Source of the DNA: Podarcis muralis
Lineage: Eukaryota
Length of the DNA: 64,000 bases
Direction: 5' to 3'
NCBI RefSeq assembly: GCF_964188315.1
Contig: NC_135658.1
Coordinates: 55,180,001-55,244,000, forward strand
In this document: piece by piece, positions 12,420 to 23,902 of the stretch
Layout: each line of letters begins with the position of its first letter
Numbering within the stretch: the stretch's first letter is position 1
The notes under the pieces: generated by a model
Databases searched by the model: none
What the model was told of the DNA's origin: nothing
What the model saw: only the letters and a program-made list of their open reading frames with translations
Made by a program: the position numbers and the translations under genes

Positions 12420-12890
12420 GATTATTGGGAACATATTAATCCACTGCTGAGAGAGCTGCTGTGGTTGCCAATTTGCTTCCTGGTTCAAGGTTCTGGTGTT
12501 AATTTACAAAGTCCTCAACAACTTGGGCCCAAAGTGGGAGGGGGCACAGGAAGAGGGTGGTGGTGGTAGATGTGAAGAGCAGCACCTCATTTTACTGATG
12601 ATTGTATTAATGAGTTCATTGCCTTCCACACATGCATCTCAAGGCAATGTACAATAAAAACAGCAGAAATAAAATAAAATCCCACAACAGTTTAAATAAA
12701 CAAAAAACAGCAGATAAATTTAAAACAAAACCAAAGAAAGCCAAATTAAAGACCTTGGCAGCTGAGAAAGCCTGATAGAGGAAAATGTCCTTGATTGTTT
12801 CTGGAGAGTGCAGATTGTGATATCTATAGGAATGGTATTTCACAGAACAGGGGCAACCATACTGAAAGCCCTGCTCTGAGTTGCTGTGGA
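12420..12890. mobile_element. Two L2 fragments in opposite orientation (12420-12535 plus; 12606-12890 minus)
   Basis: Plus: EHINPLLRELLWLPICF... typical of L2 ORF2. Minus: A-rich 3'UTR and actgaaagccctg motif. Confidence 0.6.
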
Positions 12891-13625
12891 GTGGGATTCT
12901 GGTATCTTTGGCAGGGTGTATAAGGGATTATGGTCTATAAAGCTGAGATGAATCGGAATAAGTGACTATATCTTAAAACCAGGGACAGGTGTTATAGTAA
13001 TCCGTGATCATTTTGAAATGGACTCTAATGTAGGACTCCAGAATTGAGAACTAATGTTCTAATCCAAAGCACCACCTAGTGTTTAGATATTTTTAAACAC
13101 ACACATACATTAAAAGGCCCTGATCCAGCTGAAGTTTGGCATCCTGAATCCTGTACCACTCACTTGTCTGTAGGCCCCATTAAACTCAATGGGAGTTGCT
13201 TCTGAGTAGACATGCATGGAGTTGTGCTAAAAGTCTCAATGAAAGCAAAGGGGTTTGTGATAAACTTGCATCATTTGTTTGAATGAGACATTCACACCAT
13301 GGATAACTTTGGCTGGATTGGGTCCATTATAATTCAGAGCTCTGTACTGTAAATAAAAATATAATTGACCCAACCTGGCTAAAGTTGTTTATGCTCAGTG
13401 TGTTCCATTGAAAGAAATGAAAAATAAATAAATAAAAACTATTACAGAGTGTAAACATTATACTTTCTACAAATTACAGTGATGCTCTATATACAATACA
13501 TGATAGCGCATCACTAGAGCTAGTAACCTATCATGGGCTGGAGCCGACACATCAAAGAAGTGTTTCAGTTTAAAGCTTTGTAAATTTAAGCAGGGAAAAC
13601 AGGTAGAGAAAAACGGGACTCTACA

Positions 13626-13641
13626 TCGCCATCTGGCGGCA
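13626..13641 (-). promoter_or_regulatory. CTCF core motif
   Basis: Minus strand TGCCGCCAGATGGCGA fits CC[AG][CG][CT]AG[AG][GT]GGC[GA]; possible upstream module CTGCGATA; CpGs retained in a CpG-poor region. Confidence 0.6.
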
Positions 13642-16387
13642 CAATGTTCTATCGCAGGTACAATGTATATAAATTGCTTTTTCTTTACCAGTCTAGCTGA
13701 GTCCCCTAGGGAGTGTCTCCTGTTGAATTATCAAATGCTTAATAGGAAATCATGGAAGCCTGCAAAGATTTAAAACCTGCAATAAAACACTTTAAAATAA
13801 GAGCTGGGAAGAGTCAGTGTTTGTGCGGTGGGGGGGGGGCAGGGACAGAGCTGCTCATAGACAAGTATATGTTTATTTTTGAAATTTTGTAGGCTTCACA
13901 TTTCTTCAGGTGAGCTGCTGTTTGTATCCATCTTGCATTAGTTATTCCTGCCAAAGATGAACAATCGCCTTTGGTGCAGTTGCCCACCATGAAGTTCATG
14001 GCTCGAGCTGGATCAGTTTCGTTGACAGGGGGTTCATGAAGGGGGAGTTAATAGAATCACAGTGCGGTGTGTCATATCTGCTGAACAGTTGTAGTAATGA
14101 CAATGCTGAGAATGTGGCAAGATTTTTGAGTGACACTATGAAATTACATCACCATAGGTCCTAAGAGCCATTTTCATACCTCACAATGTCTGGCTAGTTT
14201 TATCCTAAAGTATCTCCTACTATGTTTCATTAACTGTGTCAGGTTCTAATCCATGTATACGATGCACTTTTCTATGCCAATAAAGGAGATCGATTGATTG
14301 AGTTATTCCTGTCTCTAATGATATGGGTATATCAGGGGATTTTTCTTCCAGGGAGATTCTTACAGAGGCTTTCCAGGAAAACCAAAGTGATTCATATGCA
14401 ATTTGATGACCCCACATCACCACATCAGCAACTGATGCCTTGTGCCTGGGCAATACTTGGTGTTGTAGTATAAGCTATTTGGTTACAATCGGGTCACTTA
14501 CGGTACTCAGGAACAATCATCACCAGTCCAGAATCAGTTTCATGGCAGAAATCGGTGGTGCTGGGGCACGAAAGAAAGATTTGTCTTCATGAAAGAGATA
14601 TGGAACAAAAAAAGGCAAGAGATATTTGCTTTCCTACATACTTTCCCTGAGGACACTGAGCTGCCACAAATCCAATTGCTTCATGTGAACTTACAGGTTG
14701 TTATAATAGAATTTGAAAATGACTCAAGCATATGGCAGGATTGAAAATGAATGAGTAGGTAGCAACTGAAAGCCTGTTGATCCAGGTCACGATCCTATGA
14801 AGAATTACTTGAGTGTAAGCTCCATTAAACTTAATGGGACTTACTTCTGAGTAGACAAATAGGATTCTGCTGTTAGTGCTATATGTAAGTGCCTAAAGAT
14901 CCTTTGAAAACTGAACAGTTTTTTCTCTCTCTTCATTTAAAGAACTTTTAAAAATGCAGCACATTCTCAGTAGATTAATCTTGTGAATTCATAAATACTA
15001 CACAGGGGTGTGTTTTTTTTGGGGGGGGGGCACCAAAGATGTTCGAGGCTGTAGAAAATCAGTTCTTTTTGCATAATATGTATAAATTATATAACATAAA
15101 TTATTTCCATGTCCTCTCTGTCCTGTTCTCACCTTATTATGGGGCATTTACATTTTAGGCATTTCTTTAAAAGAAGAAGAAGAATTAGGGCAAAATATGT
15201 CATTATCAAATTAGTGATTGTTGCAGGGCAGGGGAGACATATTACTGGGTACATTTCCCGCTCATGGTGAACAATGTTTCACAGGAACATATGGTTTTCA
15301 ACAAATAAATTGTACTTAGCTGAACTATTTGGTTGCTTGAATTGCAGGGGCTAAAGTAAGTAAATAGGAAGGAAGCTGAAGAGACGCATAAAAATGAATT
15401 TGTTCCACAAGCAAGATCTTCAGTCAGTCTTTTTCCTAGTGAATTCTAGTGCCATCTGTTGGCATAAAGTGGAATATCCATAGACTGTTTAATGCACCAT
15501 ATCATTGTAGGCAATGGTTTATAATATTTATAATGTACTGAGCAGAAGACTTTAGGGAGCCTTCCTCCCACCCCACAACAAAGGCATGAGAAACATGGCT
15601 GGTTCAGAGGGACTTTCTGTCATACAAACTGAAGAAAGCAATTTAGGGGAGAAAGCACAGGCCCATTCACTGTTCATTAGAACACATTACTTGCATGCAG
15701 AAGGTCCATAATTCAACCCCCAGCTCCTTTGGTTAAAAGGATCAGGTAAAAGGTTATGGGGATGAGTTCTGCCTGAGATATGGGAGAGCTGCGACCTGTC
15801 AGGGGTGTTAATGTTGGTCAAGAAGGACAGCTAATCAGACCTGGGATAACTCATCTTCTTGTACCTGCTGATTCCCATATCATTAATTCTGAAGGCCCTC
15901 TCTCTTGCAAACACAGAAGTGCTTCCATATATTTGAAACCCATATTCACCCTCAGGGCGGATCTACTATAAAACTATTGAAGCTTAAGCTTAAGGGACCC
16001 TAATTCTGGAGGGGCCCAATAAACAACTTTAGTCCATATTGCTTAAATTTGGGGGGTCTAGTAGACTCTAGAGTCTAGCAGAACTCTGGTTGATTTTTTG
16101 TTGTGTATATTTCAACAATCCCCAAGTTTGACAGTAGCACAGATGTTGTAAAGGTGTGGTGATCTGTTGTAGAACAGCCCCACTGAAGAGGAGAACAGTG
16201 GTTACCCTGACCTTGTTGCTGGTTGAGAAGTGGTCCCCAAAATGGACCATTGTTCCATTGTTCACCCTAAGATTGATGTAAATAAGGCTGAGATTTATGT
16301 TTGTTTGTGTATTTGTTTATTTGTTAAAAAAAAATTAGTGGAAAATTAATAATTTTTTTTGAAAAAATATATAAAATCATGAACATA

Positions 16388-17453
16388 CAGTGGTACCTTG
16401 GTTCTCAAACACCTTGGTACTCAAACGCTGAAAACCTGAAAGTAAGTGTTCCGGTTTTTGAACGTTTTTTGGAAGCTGAATGTCCGATGCGGCTGTCAGC
16501 TGTTGTTTCTGGGGCGCCTACACCAATCAGAAGCTACGCCTTGATTTTTGAACATTTCGGAAGTCAAACAGACTTCCAGAATGGATTAAGTTTGACGGTT
16601 TTGTTTTTGCTATTTATTTTGCGTTTTTGTTTTTGAGGCTTTTTCAGTTAATTTGTTTCTCTGACTGCGCGGAACCCAGTTCAGCTACTGATTGATTGAT
16701 TGATTGATTGATTGTGTGACTGCAGAAATGGATAAAAGCACCCCCATCCAAACAATGACCATCATCAGTGCAGGTAAGAATTTTTAAATTTTTTTTTATC
16801 ATTTACAATACTCAATACGCTCTTATTTATTTTATAGTGCAATACATTGATTATTACTTTCATTTTATGGATCAATGGTCTCATTAGAAAGTAAAATGTA
16901 TGTTAAACTGCTGTTGTTTTTAAAAGTCTGGAACGGATTAATCCATTTTGCATTACTTTCTATGGGAAAGCGTGCCTTGGTTTTGGAACACTTTGGTTTT
17001 GAAACAGACTTCTGGAACGGATTAAGTTTGAGAACCAAGTAAAAGGCGAAAGATTTGTATGATCTGAAGAGAAACCAGAAACTAACTGAAAGGCTGAGAT
17101 ACAAAGACATAGAGACTTTAGGTAAGATTGGGAACCATTCATGTCATATTACAGAAACAATGTAAAGAAATGGACTTGCTAGCAGGTTTTGAGTAAACAC
17201 AATCAGCAAAATAAATATATGAATTATAAGGATGATGTAAAAATGAGAAGCGTATAACAATATTACAATTTAAAGATTTTAAAAATTAAGATATGTTAAA
17301 ATAAGCAGGAGAGGATAGTATGAAAGAAAAAACCAGAAGAGGAAGCGGGGGGAATGGTATTTGTGGTTATTTGAATGAAATGTTGATGATAAAAATGTAA
17401 GGCTTAATAAAAATTATTTTTTTAAAAAAAGTTTGAGAACCAAGGTACCACTG
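16388..17453. mobile_element. Tc1/mariner-superfamily MITE interrupted by an L1 fragment
   Basis: Perfect 23-bp TIRs CAGTGGTACCTTGGTTCTCAAAC / GTTTGAGAACCAAGGTACCACTG; TA TSD at 16386-16387 and 17454-17455; internal (ATTG)n. Confidence 0.9.
17040..17428 (+). mobile_element. 5'-truncated L1 insertion (389 bp)
   Basis: 16-bp TSD AAGTTTGAGAACCAAG (17024-17039 and 17429-17444), AATAAA at 17406-17411, short A tail. Decayed coding end DWEPFMSY..QKQCKEMDLLAGFE* resembles the L1 end at 8049-8351. Confidence 0.8.
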
Positions 17454-17609
17454 TATTACTTAAAAATAAAAATGCAGACAACAGTAAGATGTAATTCCAC
17501 ATTATCTTCCCTGTCCAAATCTCTGCAAGTATCTGATGATCTCAACAAGTTTTCTGCAATTAAGGATCCCTACATTCTCTTCAATGCTGAGTAGGGAAGG
17601 GGGATGATG

Positions 17610-17900
17610 TTTTTATTTTCATACAAATTTATATACTGCTGCATGGCATAAAGCAGTAAAAACAGAATAAAACACCGAATTACAAGCTCTAAGAACAATA
17701 AAATAAATCCAGCAAGCCCTAAAACAATAAAAACATTCATAAAAACTATAGAAACAATGAAACCGTTTCACCAAATATACAATGGATCTTCCATAAATGA
17801 TTGGGTTACGCCTCAGGGAAAACCTTTTAAAATAAAATGTCTTCAGTAAGCACCTAAACACTTTCTCACACTAGGTGCATGCCTGATTTCAGCTGGTAAT
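17610..17900 (-). mobile_element. L2 3' end
   Basis: aaatttatatac tail motif, A-rich 3'UTR complement and tgtcttcagtaagcacct as in other L2 ends. Confidence 0.55.
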
Positions 17901-18806
17901 TGGGGGGGTGTGTGTGTGCGGGGGGGGGGGGTGTCCCTCCAGCAGACATCATACACACACACCCCAACTACCAAAATCAATACTATCACTACTGCAAATG
18001 TCCCCACAAAACACTTCATCACAGTTTTTTCCTATCTCTATTCAAAGGGCCTCCACTCCACATTACCAAATGCAACAATTCACTGATAAATGTATCTATG
18101 TACTGGCCTCACTGGGAAAACTTTAGAAAGTCATATAATATCGCTCCAGTATGGATTTGCACCATTCCAACTTTGTTCTGTTCAGGAAAGGAATGGCTAC
18201 CAATGGGGGAGTCTGGGATTTGGGCAGCCATATTCCCTCAGGCCTGAGACCACATACTCAGCAACCTCTTGCACAAGAGATCATCACTGGCATCCTAGCA
18301 GATGGGTGTCAGACAGATGGTCATCACATGGACAATAGCAAACCATCCAAGAATGGATTAAGGACAAAGAAGTGTTATTACCTGACCAGCAAACCCAGGA
18401 ACTTGTAAGTATTTTCTTTGTATCACTTGATGGGGGTAAGGTGGAGGGCAAAAGAGAGTTGGGGGCATAACCTGATGAACCGGTTTCTGCCAGAGACCCC
18501 TCCCTGTTTGTGACGTATGTATGATGTATGCATGATTGCATGATGCTTCACCAAAGATGTTTATGGGAAAAGAGAAAACTTATAAAAGAGGAAGCATCCC
18601 TTTGTTCTGGGTTTCTTCCTGCTTCTTCCATGTGGTGGGTGGTCCTGTTGCAACAGTCCTTTAAAATAAAAATCAGGCCTACAGGCTGCTGTTTTGCTCC
18701 TATATCCCTGGCTGGTGTCTTTCTTTGGTAATCCAAGTGAGCCCAAGGATTGTCCTTTAACAACTAAAAGCCCAGTCCGGTTAAGATTTTTATGTGAACC
18801 TACATA

Positions 18807-19070
18807 CCGTATTTTTCGCCCTATAGGGCGCATCGGCCCTTAGGGCGCACCTAGTTTTTTGGGGGGGGAAATAAAGAAAAAAAATTATTTCCCCCCCCAG
18901 GCACGGGGCTGGGGCGGGGGAAGCCCGAGCTTCCCCAGACCCCAGCCCCCAGAACAGGCTGCTATCCGCAAGCCTAGGGACTCTGGCGGGACCTGCCCAA
19001 TAGGACACACACACATTTCCCCTTCATTTTTGGAGGGGAAAAAGTGCGTCCTATAGGGCGAAACATACGG
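18807..19070 (+). mobile_element. TcMar-Tc2-like MITE (264 bp), inserted into an older AT-rich repeat
   Basis: TIRs CCGTATTTTTCGCCCTATAGG / CCTATAGGGCGAAACATACGG, TA TSD at 18805-18806 and 19071-19072; same family as 56066-57293. Confidence 0.85.
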
Positions 19071-20190
19071 TAGTTCACACTTTCTGAAACAATATGCAAA
19101 CTCAAACACTGCTATGCTTCAAAATCCACACTTCACCAAATTTTGTGATTTGGTTCTTCAACCAAGAAATCTGTAAAGAAATGTCCATATTTGGGGGGGG
19201 GGGGTGCATAAAAATGAGTAGATTAGTGAAAGAAAGTACCGGTAAGTCATAAAATGTATTACATCAAGGAACTTTGCAAAATATACAAAGCAGGCAACAT
19301 TGCCTATACAAATGCTTATACTAGGAGAAACTTGCACTTAATGGCTGACAAATTTTCACTAGGGTCTTAAAAAGAAATAAAATTCGCAGACTAATGCAGT
19401 TATGTGGAGCACTTAAGTCCCCCCCCATCCCCCTTCATTTTGACAGCTCAGGGGAGAATTGGGAGTCGCAGGCGGGTGGCGTACCGTTGTCCTGCACCCC
19501 CAATGGCCCACCCGGGCAGCTGTTTCAGCAGTGATACCGTAAGGTCGCGAATATAAGCAACACTTTAACTTTTCACAATCGGAATTGGGGGGGGGGGGAA
19601 TGTGGCTTATATTTGGGGCAATACAGTGCTCTAGCCTAAGTATTTTCATGAAGACATTTTAATGTTCCTCCTCTTCCTTGTTCTCATCACTGCTTGCACA
19701 CTTGGAAGGAGCTGGTGAAAATACAGCAACAGCAAGAAGTAGCAGCAGCAATGCTTGCCAGGGGATGGTTTCTAGGGCTCAGTAGTGGATCCCAGTATGG
19801 CCATGACAATGCTGACTCCTGATAACAGCCCTGACCCCAAATTTAATTTGATTGGAGATTCACTCTCAAACATGATCAGCTTCAAAACGATAGTAGCAAA
19901 GTTATGAGATGCATCTTCAAAATAAATGAGACAGGCACAGTACAGTGTAGGTCAAGCAGCAATGAAAATATGTTCTGAGGGTGATAGTAGCCAAAGGTTT
20001 ATTAACAACCTAAAACAAATGATGCTGCAGACAGTTTATGCGAGTCCTCCCTTTTCTTCCCCTTCATCAGCCTCAAAGCTTTTCCTCAACTCTCTTACCT
20101 TTACCCTGCAGTCCCTGTTTCTGTGTTCAGCTTGATGCATCTTCCAGCTGCCCATTCTACAAGGTCTGACAGAAGATGTCTAATGGTACG

Positions 20191-20834
20191 TGTTATAGGA
20201 ATTCTAAGATGATCTTGAGCTACAGGGGAGGCAATTTTCAAATGTCTATATATGAGCAAAGGGATGCGGGTGGCGCTGTGGGTAAAATCTCAGTGCCTAG
20301 GACTTGCTGATCGTAAGGTCGGCGGTTCGAATCCCCGCGGCGGGGTGAGCTCCCGTCGTTCAGTCCCAGCTCCTGCCCACCTAGCAGTTCGAAAGCACCC
20401 CTAAGTGCAAGTAGATAAATAGGTACCGCTTTATAGCGGGAAGGTAAACGGTGTTTCCGTGTGCTGCGCTGGTGCTGGCTCGCCAGAGCAGCTTCGCCAT
20501 GCTGGCCACGTGACCCGGAAGTGTCTTCGGACGACGCTGGCTCCCGGCCTCTCGAGCAAGATGAGCGCGCAACCCTAGAGTCGGTCACGACTGGCCCATA
20601 CGGGGAGGGGTACCTTTACCTTTATATATGAGCATGCACACCAATGTTTGGGGTTCCTCTTCACCCTCCCTGCTTGGGGTGAGCGGGGGGACCCTGTTCC
20701 AACAGTTTAATAAAGATCATGCTTACTAGCTGCTTTGCTTCTCAATATTCTCTGGTTGGCCCCTGTTATTTTCTCCTACCGATAGAGAACCTACAAAAGG
20801 ACTCTATATGGGCTCTTAGAAACTCCATATAACA
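20191..20834 (+). mobile_element. Probable solo LTR (~268 bp without the SINE insert)
   Basis: Ends TGTTATA (20191) and TATAACA (20834); TATATA box followed by AATAAA (20709-20714). Flanks tacg/catg are not an exact TSD. Confidence 0.55.
20259..20622 (+). mobile_element. Full-length Sauria SINE
   Basis: Head gggatgcgggtggcgctgtggg, box B GGTTCGAATCC, (ACCTTT)n tail; 12-bp TSD TATATATGAGCA at 20247-20258 and 20623-20634. Confidence 0.95.
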
Positions 20835-21084
20835 CATGGCTGTGGCAGCTTGCATGCTTGGCAGAGGGAGGAACCCGTTGCAAGGCTAGAGCCATGGCAG
20901 CAGAATGAAATGGAACTCTGGCCATGAATATGGCCAGGAGGAGAGGCATAAAGTTCTTTTATAGGACTCCAAAAGGGAACAATATAACAAAGCAATCTGA
21001 AGGAGGGAGACACAAGAGGATCTTTAGAGCTCCACTTCCAAAAATGAATGTGCTGGTATATATCTCTTTTCCACAAGCCAATTA

Positions 21085-21518
21085 CTGTATATACTCGAGT
21101 ATAAGCCGACCCAAATATAAGCCTAGACACCTAATTTTAGCACAAAAAACTGGGAAAACTTATTGTCTTGGCTATAAGCCAGTTCACCACACCACTAACC
21201 TGGTGGTGGCAGCAGCAGAGGAGGAAGAACAAGCAGCCTGAAAGGATTGCTTTCGGGCTGCTTGTTCCTCCTCTGCCGCTCGCAAGATCAGGCATAGGAG
21301 CCGCGGTTGGGAGAGGCCCAGCGCAGCACAGCATCTCTCTCAACCGCGGCTCCTATGCCTGCCCTTGCAAGAGGCGGGCGGCGGCGGCGGAGGGACGAGC
21401 AGCCCGAAAGGAGCCAATTTTTCTAAGGTCGTGGATTTAAGACGCATTTTAACTTTTCACAGTCAGAATTTTTTTTTGGGGGGGGGGGGAATTGAGGCTT
21501 ATATTCAGGCCGATACGG
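21085..21518 (+). mobile_element. TcMar-Tc2-like MITE with GC-rich internal hairpins
   Basis: Left end CTGTATATACTCGAGTATAAGCC, diverged right end GGCTTATATTCAGGCCGATACGG, TA on both flanks (21083-21084, 21519-21520). Confidence 0.75.
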
Positions 21519-21689
21519 TAATGTGCCCCCTTTTCCTTATCCTTTAGTATGTGCATGTATTTAGCTTTTCCAAGACTGCCCACATTTATAACACTTTTGA
21601 AGATAATAAAAAAGGAAATGGCATTTTGAACAAAACACAGCTGGCCCCAAAGTCACAAAAATGCAGACTACGGTGTCAATCTGAATTGC

Positions 21690-23074
21690 CATGCTAGGCC
21701 AAGCTTATTTTATTACATACATTCTGCTTTCTAAGTACTAGTTAAGTTCATAATGTAAACATGAAGCATACAGAGTTAAAATTCAAGGCCACAATATTTC
21801 TGATTGTCCCTTTCTGTGTCTTTGGTTGGCTGAGATCAACTCGTAGTGTATAAATGCATAAGTTATATAATTATTATATAAAAAGAAAAAAAATAACGTT
21901 GACTTGTATATTTCATTCTGACAAACGCACAGCGTTCGCGACTCGGAAAAGAAAAACTGGCGCTGCCTAACAAAAATATCTATATGATTTCAGACTTTGG
22001 CAACTGGGGATTGTCTCTTACCTTCAACCAGTAGAAAACAAATTCCCTTTAGAAGAATGAGGTCCTAAGCGTCACTTTTAAATATCAGACAATTCCAGTT
22101 TTACATTTTTATAAAGAGATGCATACTCTGATACTACAACTTCCCCCTTCTTAGACTTAATAAAAAAATCAAGTCTTTTCTTTGATAATACTGGAAATGG
22201 CATAATAGTCAACAGAATATTTCTCAAGTCCAAACAAGTAATTCTTCATAGTTCAAACACTGTCCAGTTTTCAGTTTCCCCTATATCTACAGGAAATGTC
22301 TTCTCCTTCACTCTTATGACTCTTCCCTTCTCTTACCCCTTTCCACTTCATGTATCCGACCCAGGGGCTCTTGTGCAGGTCCAGTTCATTTTAGTAGAAC
22401 TTGCACCAGAGGACTTCCTGGTGTGTTGTGCCCTTTTGTCTACAATCACACACTTGCCCTTCAGCACATTCTCAGTCCCAATATTTGGCTCAGAGCTCTT
22501 TAACACTGTCAAGGAATCGTAAAGCTTGCATTGTCTTCACAGTTTTGAAATAGCTGATCCCTCCCTCTTAATAATGGAATGTATTTAAGTTCATCCCAGC
22601 TGAAACTGCTGCACTGAGAAACAAATATTTATGACACTGTTCTGTAGGTTTGTTTTTGTTTTGTTTTTTTAAAAAATGCAGGTAGTATCCTAGTCTGTAA
22701 CAGAATTATCCTTATATTGCTGTAGTAGAGTCCCAATATGCATTAGCATATCAATCGTGACGTAAAAGCTTATAAACTTTTCCTGAAACCCATTTTATAC
22801 TTTGCCATTAGATACTTTTCTACCTAGAACAGTATTTCATTGTTTGATGTGTAAGTTCAATGTCAACATACAATTTACATAATAGCATCTTTAAATTTCT
22901 TTAATACTCTCCTGTAATCCTTTTTTTTAAAAAAGCATTTGTATATGGCATTTTTCGGTCCCAGTCAACCTTGTCATGTCTTTTAGGCACTTTTTGCTCA
23001 TATCCTCCAATAAAATTCATTACAATTCATTGTATTCCTTGGAGAAATGTCCTCTTCTTATTTTGTTTCTTCCT
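21690..23074 (-). other. ERG: ERG 3'UTR (~1.4 kb; 3' boundary approximate)
   Basis: Runs from the TAA stop (23075-23077) to the AATAAA; free of repeats; contains several miRNA seed matches. Confidence 0.75.
21709..21714 (-). terminator. ERG: ERG polyadenylation signal AATAAA
   Basis: Minus strand GAATGTATGTAATAAAATAAGCTTGGCCTAGCATGGC: AATAAA preceded by two TGTA elements, in a block I recall as near-identical to the human ERG 3'UTR. Confidence 0.75.
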
Positions 23075-23595
23075 TTAGTAGTAAGTGCCAAGGTGAGAAG
23101 GCATGTGGGTGGCCGGGAGCCTAGTGTTAGGATAGATACTTCCAGCTGGTGAATTCCAGTATGGAGTGGGTCCGGCAAAAAAGTTGGAGGAAGTGACAGG
23201 CAAGGCTGGAGCATGGGGAGCAACGAAGTTCATTTTCTGGGGATGTGCATGGTAGGAGCTCATGTAGGGCAGGTCTGATGGATATTTGTACATGGATGAT
23301 TCTGGAGGATGTGGCTGGAGAGCTTGAGCAATCCCATGGAAGTCAAACTTGTAGGCATAACGCTTACCATGGACTTTAGTCATTATATTTTTGTCGTAGT
23401 AGTAACGGAGAGCACGGCTGAGCTTGTCATAGTTCATGTTGGGTTTGCTCTTCCTCTCCCCCCAGCGTCGGGCTACTTCATCAGGGTCAGTCATCTTGAA
23501 CTCTCCATTTGTGCCCTCCCAGGTGATACAATTGGAATTGGAGCTATCTGACAGAAGCTCCAGCAAGAACTGCCATAGCTGTATCTGCCCACTTC
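23075..23595 (-). CDS. ERG: ERG terminal coding exon (521 nt): ETS domain and C-terminal activation region
   Basis: ccacag|GAAGTGGGCAG acceptor; [28 protein letters not shown]...[19 protein letters not shown]...LGTYY*. Confidence 0.98.
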
Positions 23596-23858
23596 CTGTG
23601 GGCAGGAGGAAAAAATAGGAAAAATGAATTGAGTAATGGGTAATGGATGGAAAACATTTAGCTTTGTATTTTCAGCTGTGCCAGATTCTGGTGAGAAAGT
23701 ATTTGAAGGACTGCTTATCTACCAAAATCAAACTGGAACATTTAATCAGATTCTGTAGGCCATGTTATAATATACTGTTTTCTTTACTTATGAAGACCAG
23801 AGAAATCTGAACAAATTTTGCACAGTAAGATTAACACAGCCAATCACTGGATTTAATA

Positions 23859-23902
<44 letters not shown>

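Noticed and set aside
1-21600. Coding exons of a neighbouring gene such as KCNJ15
   Set aside because: No long ORF or channel motif in the downstream region.
23075-23595. FLI1 or FEV instead of ERG
   Set aside because: The LGTYY terminus, 72-nt exon and N-terminal exon sequences match ERG.
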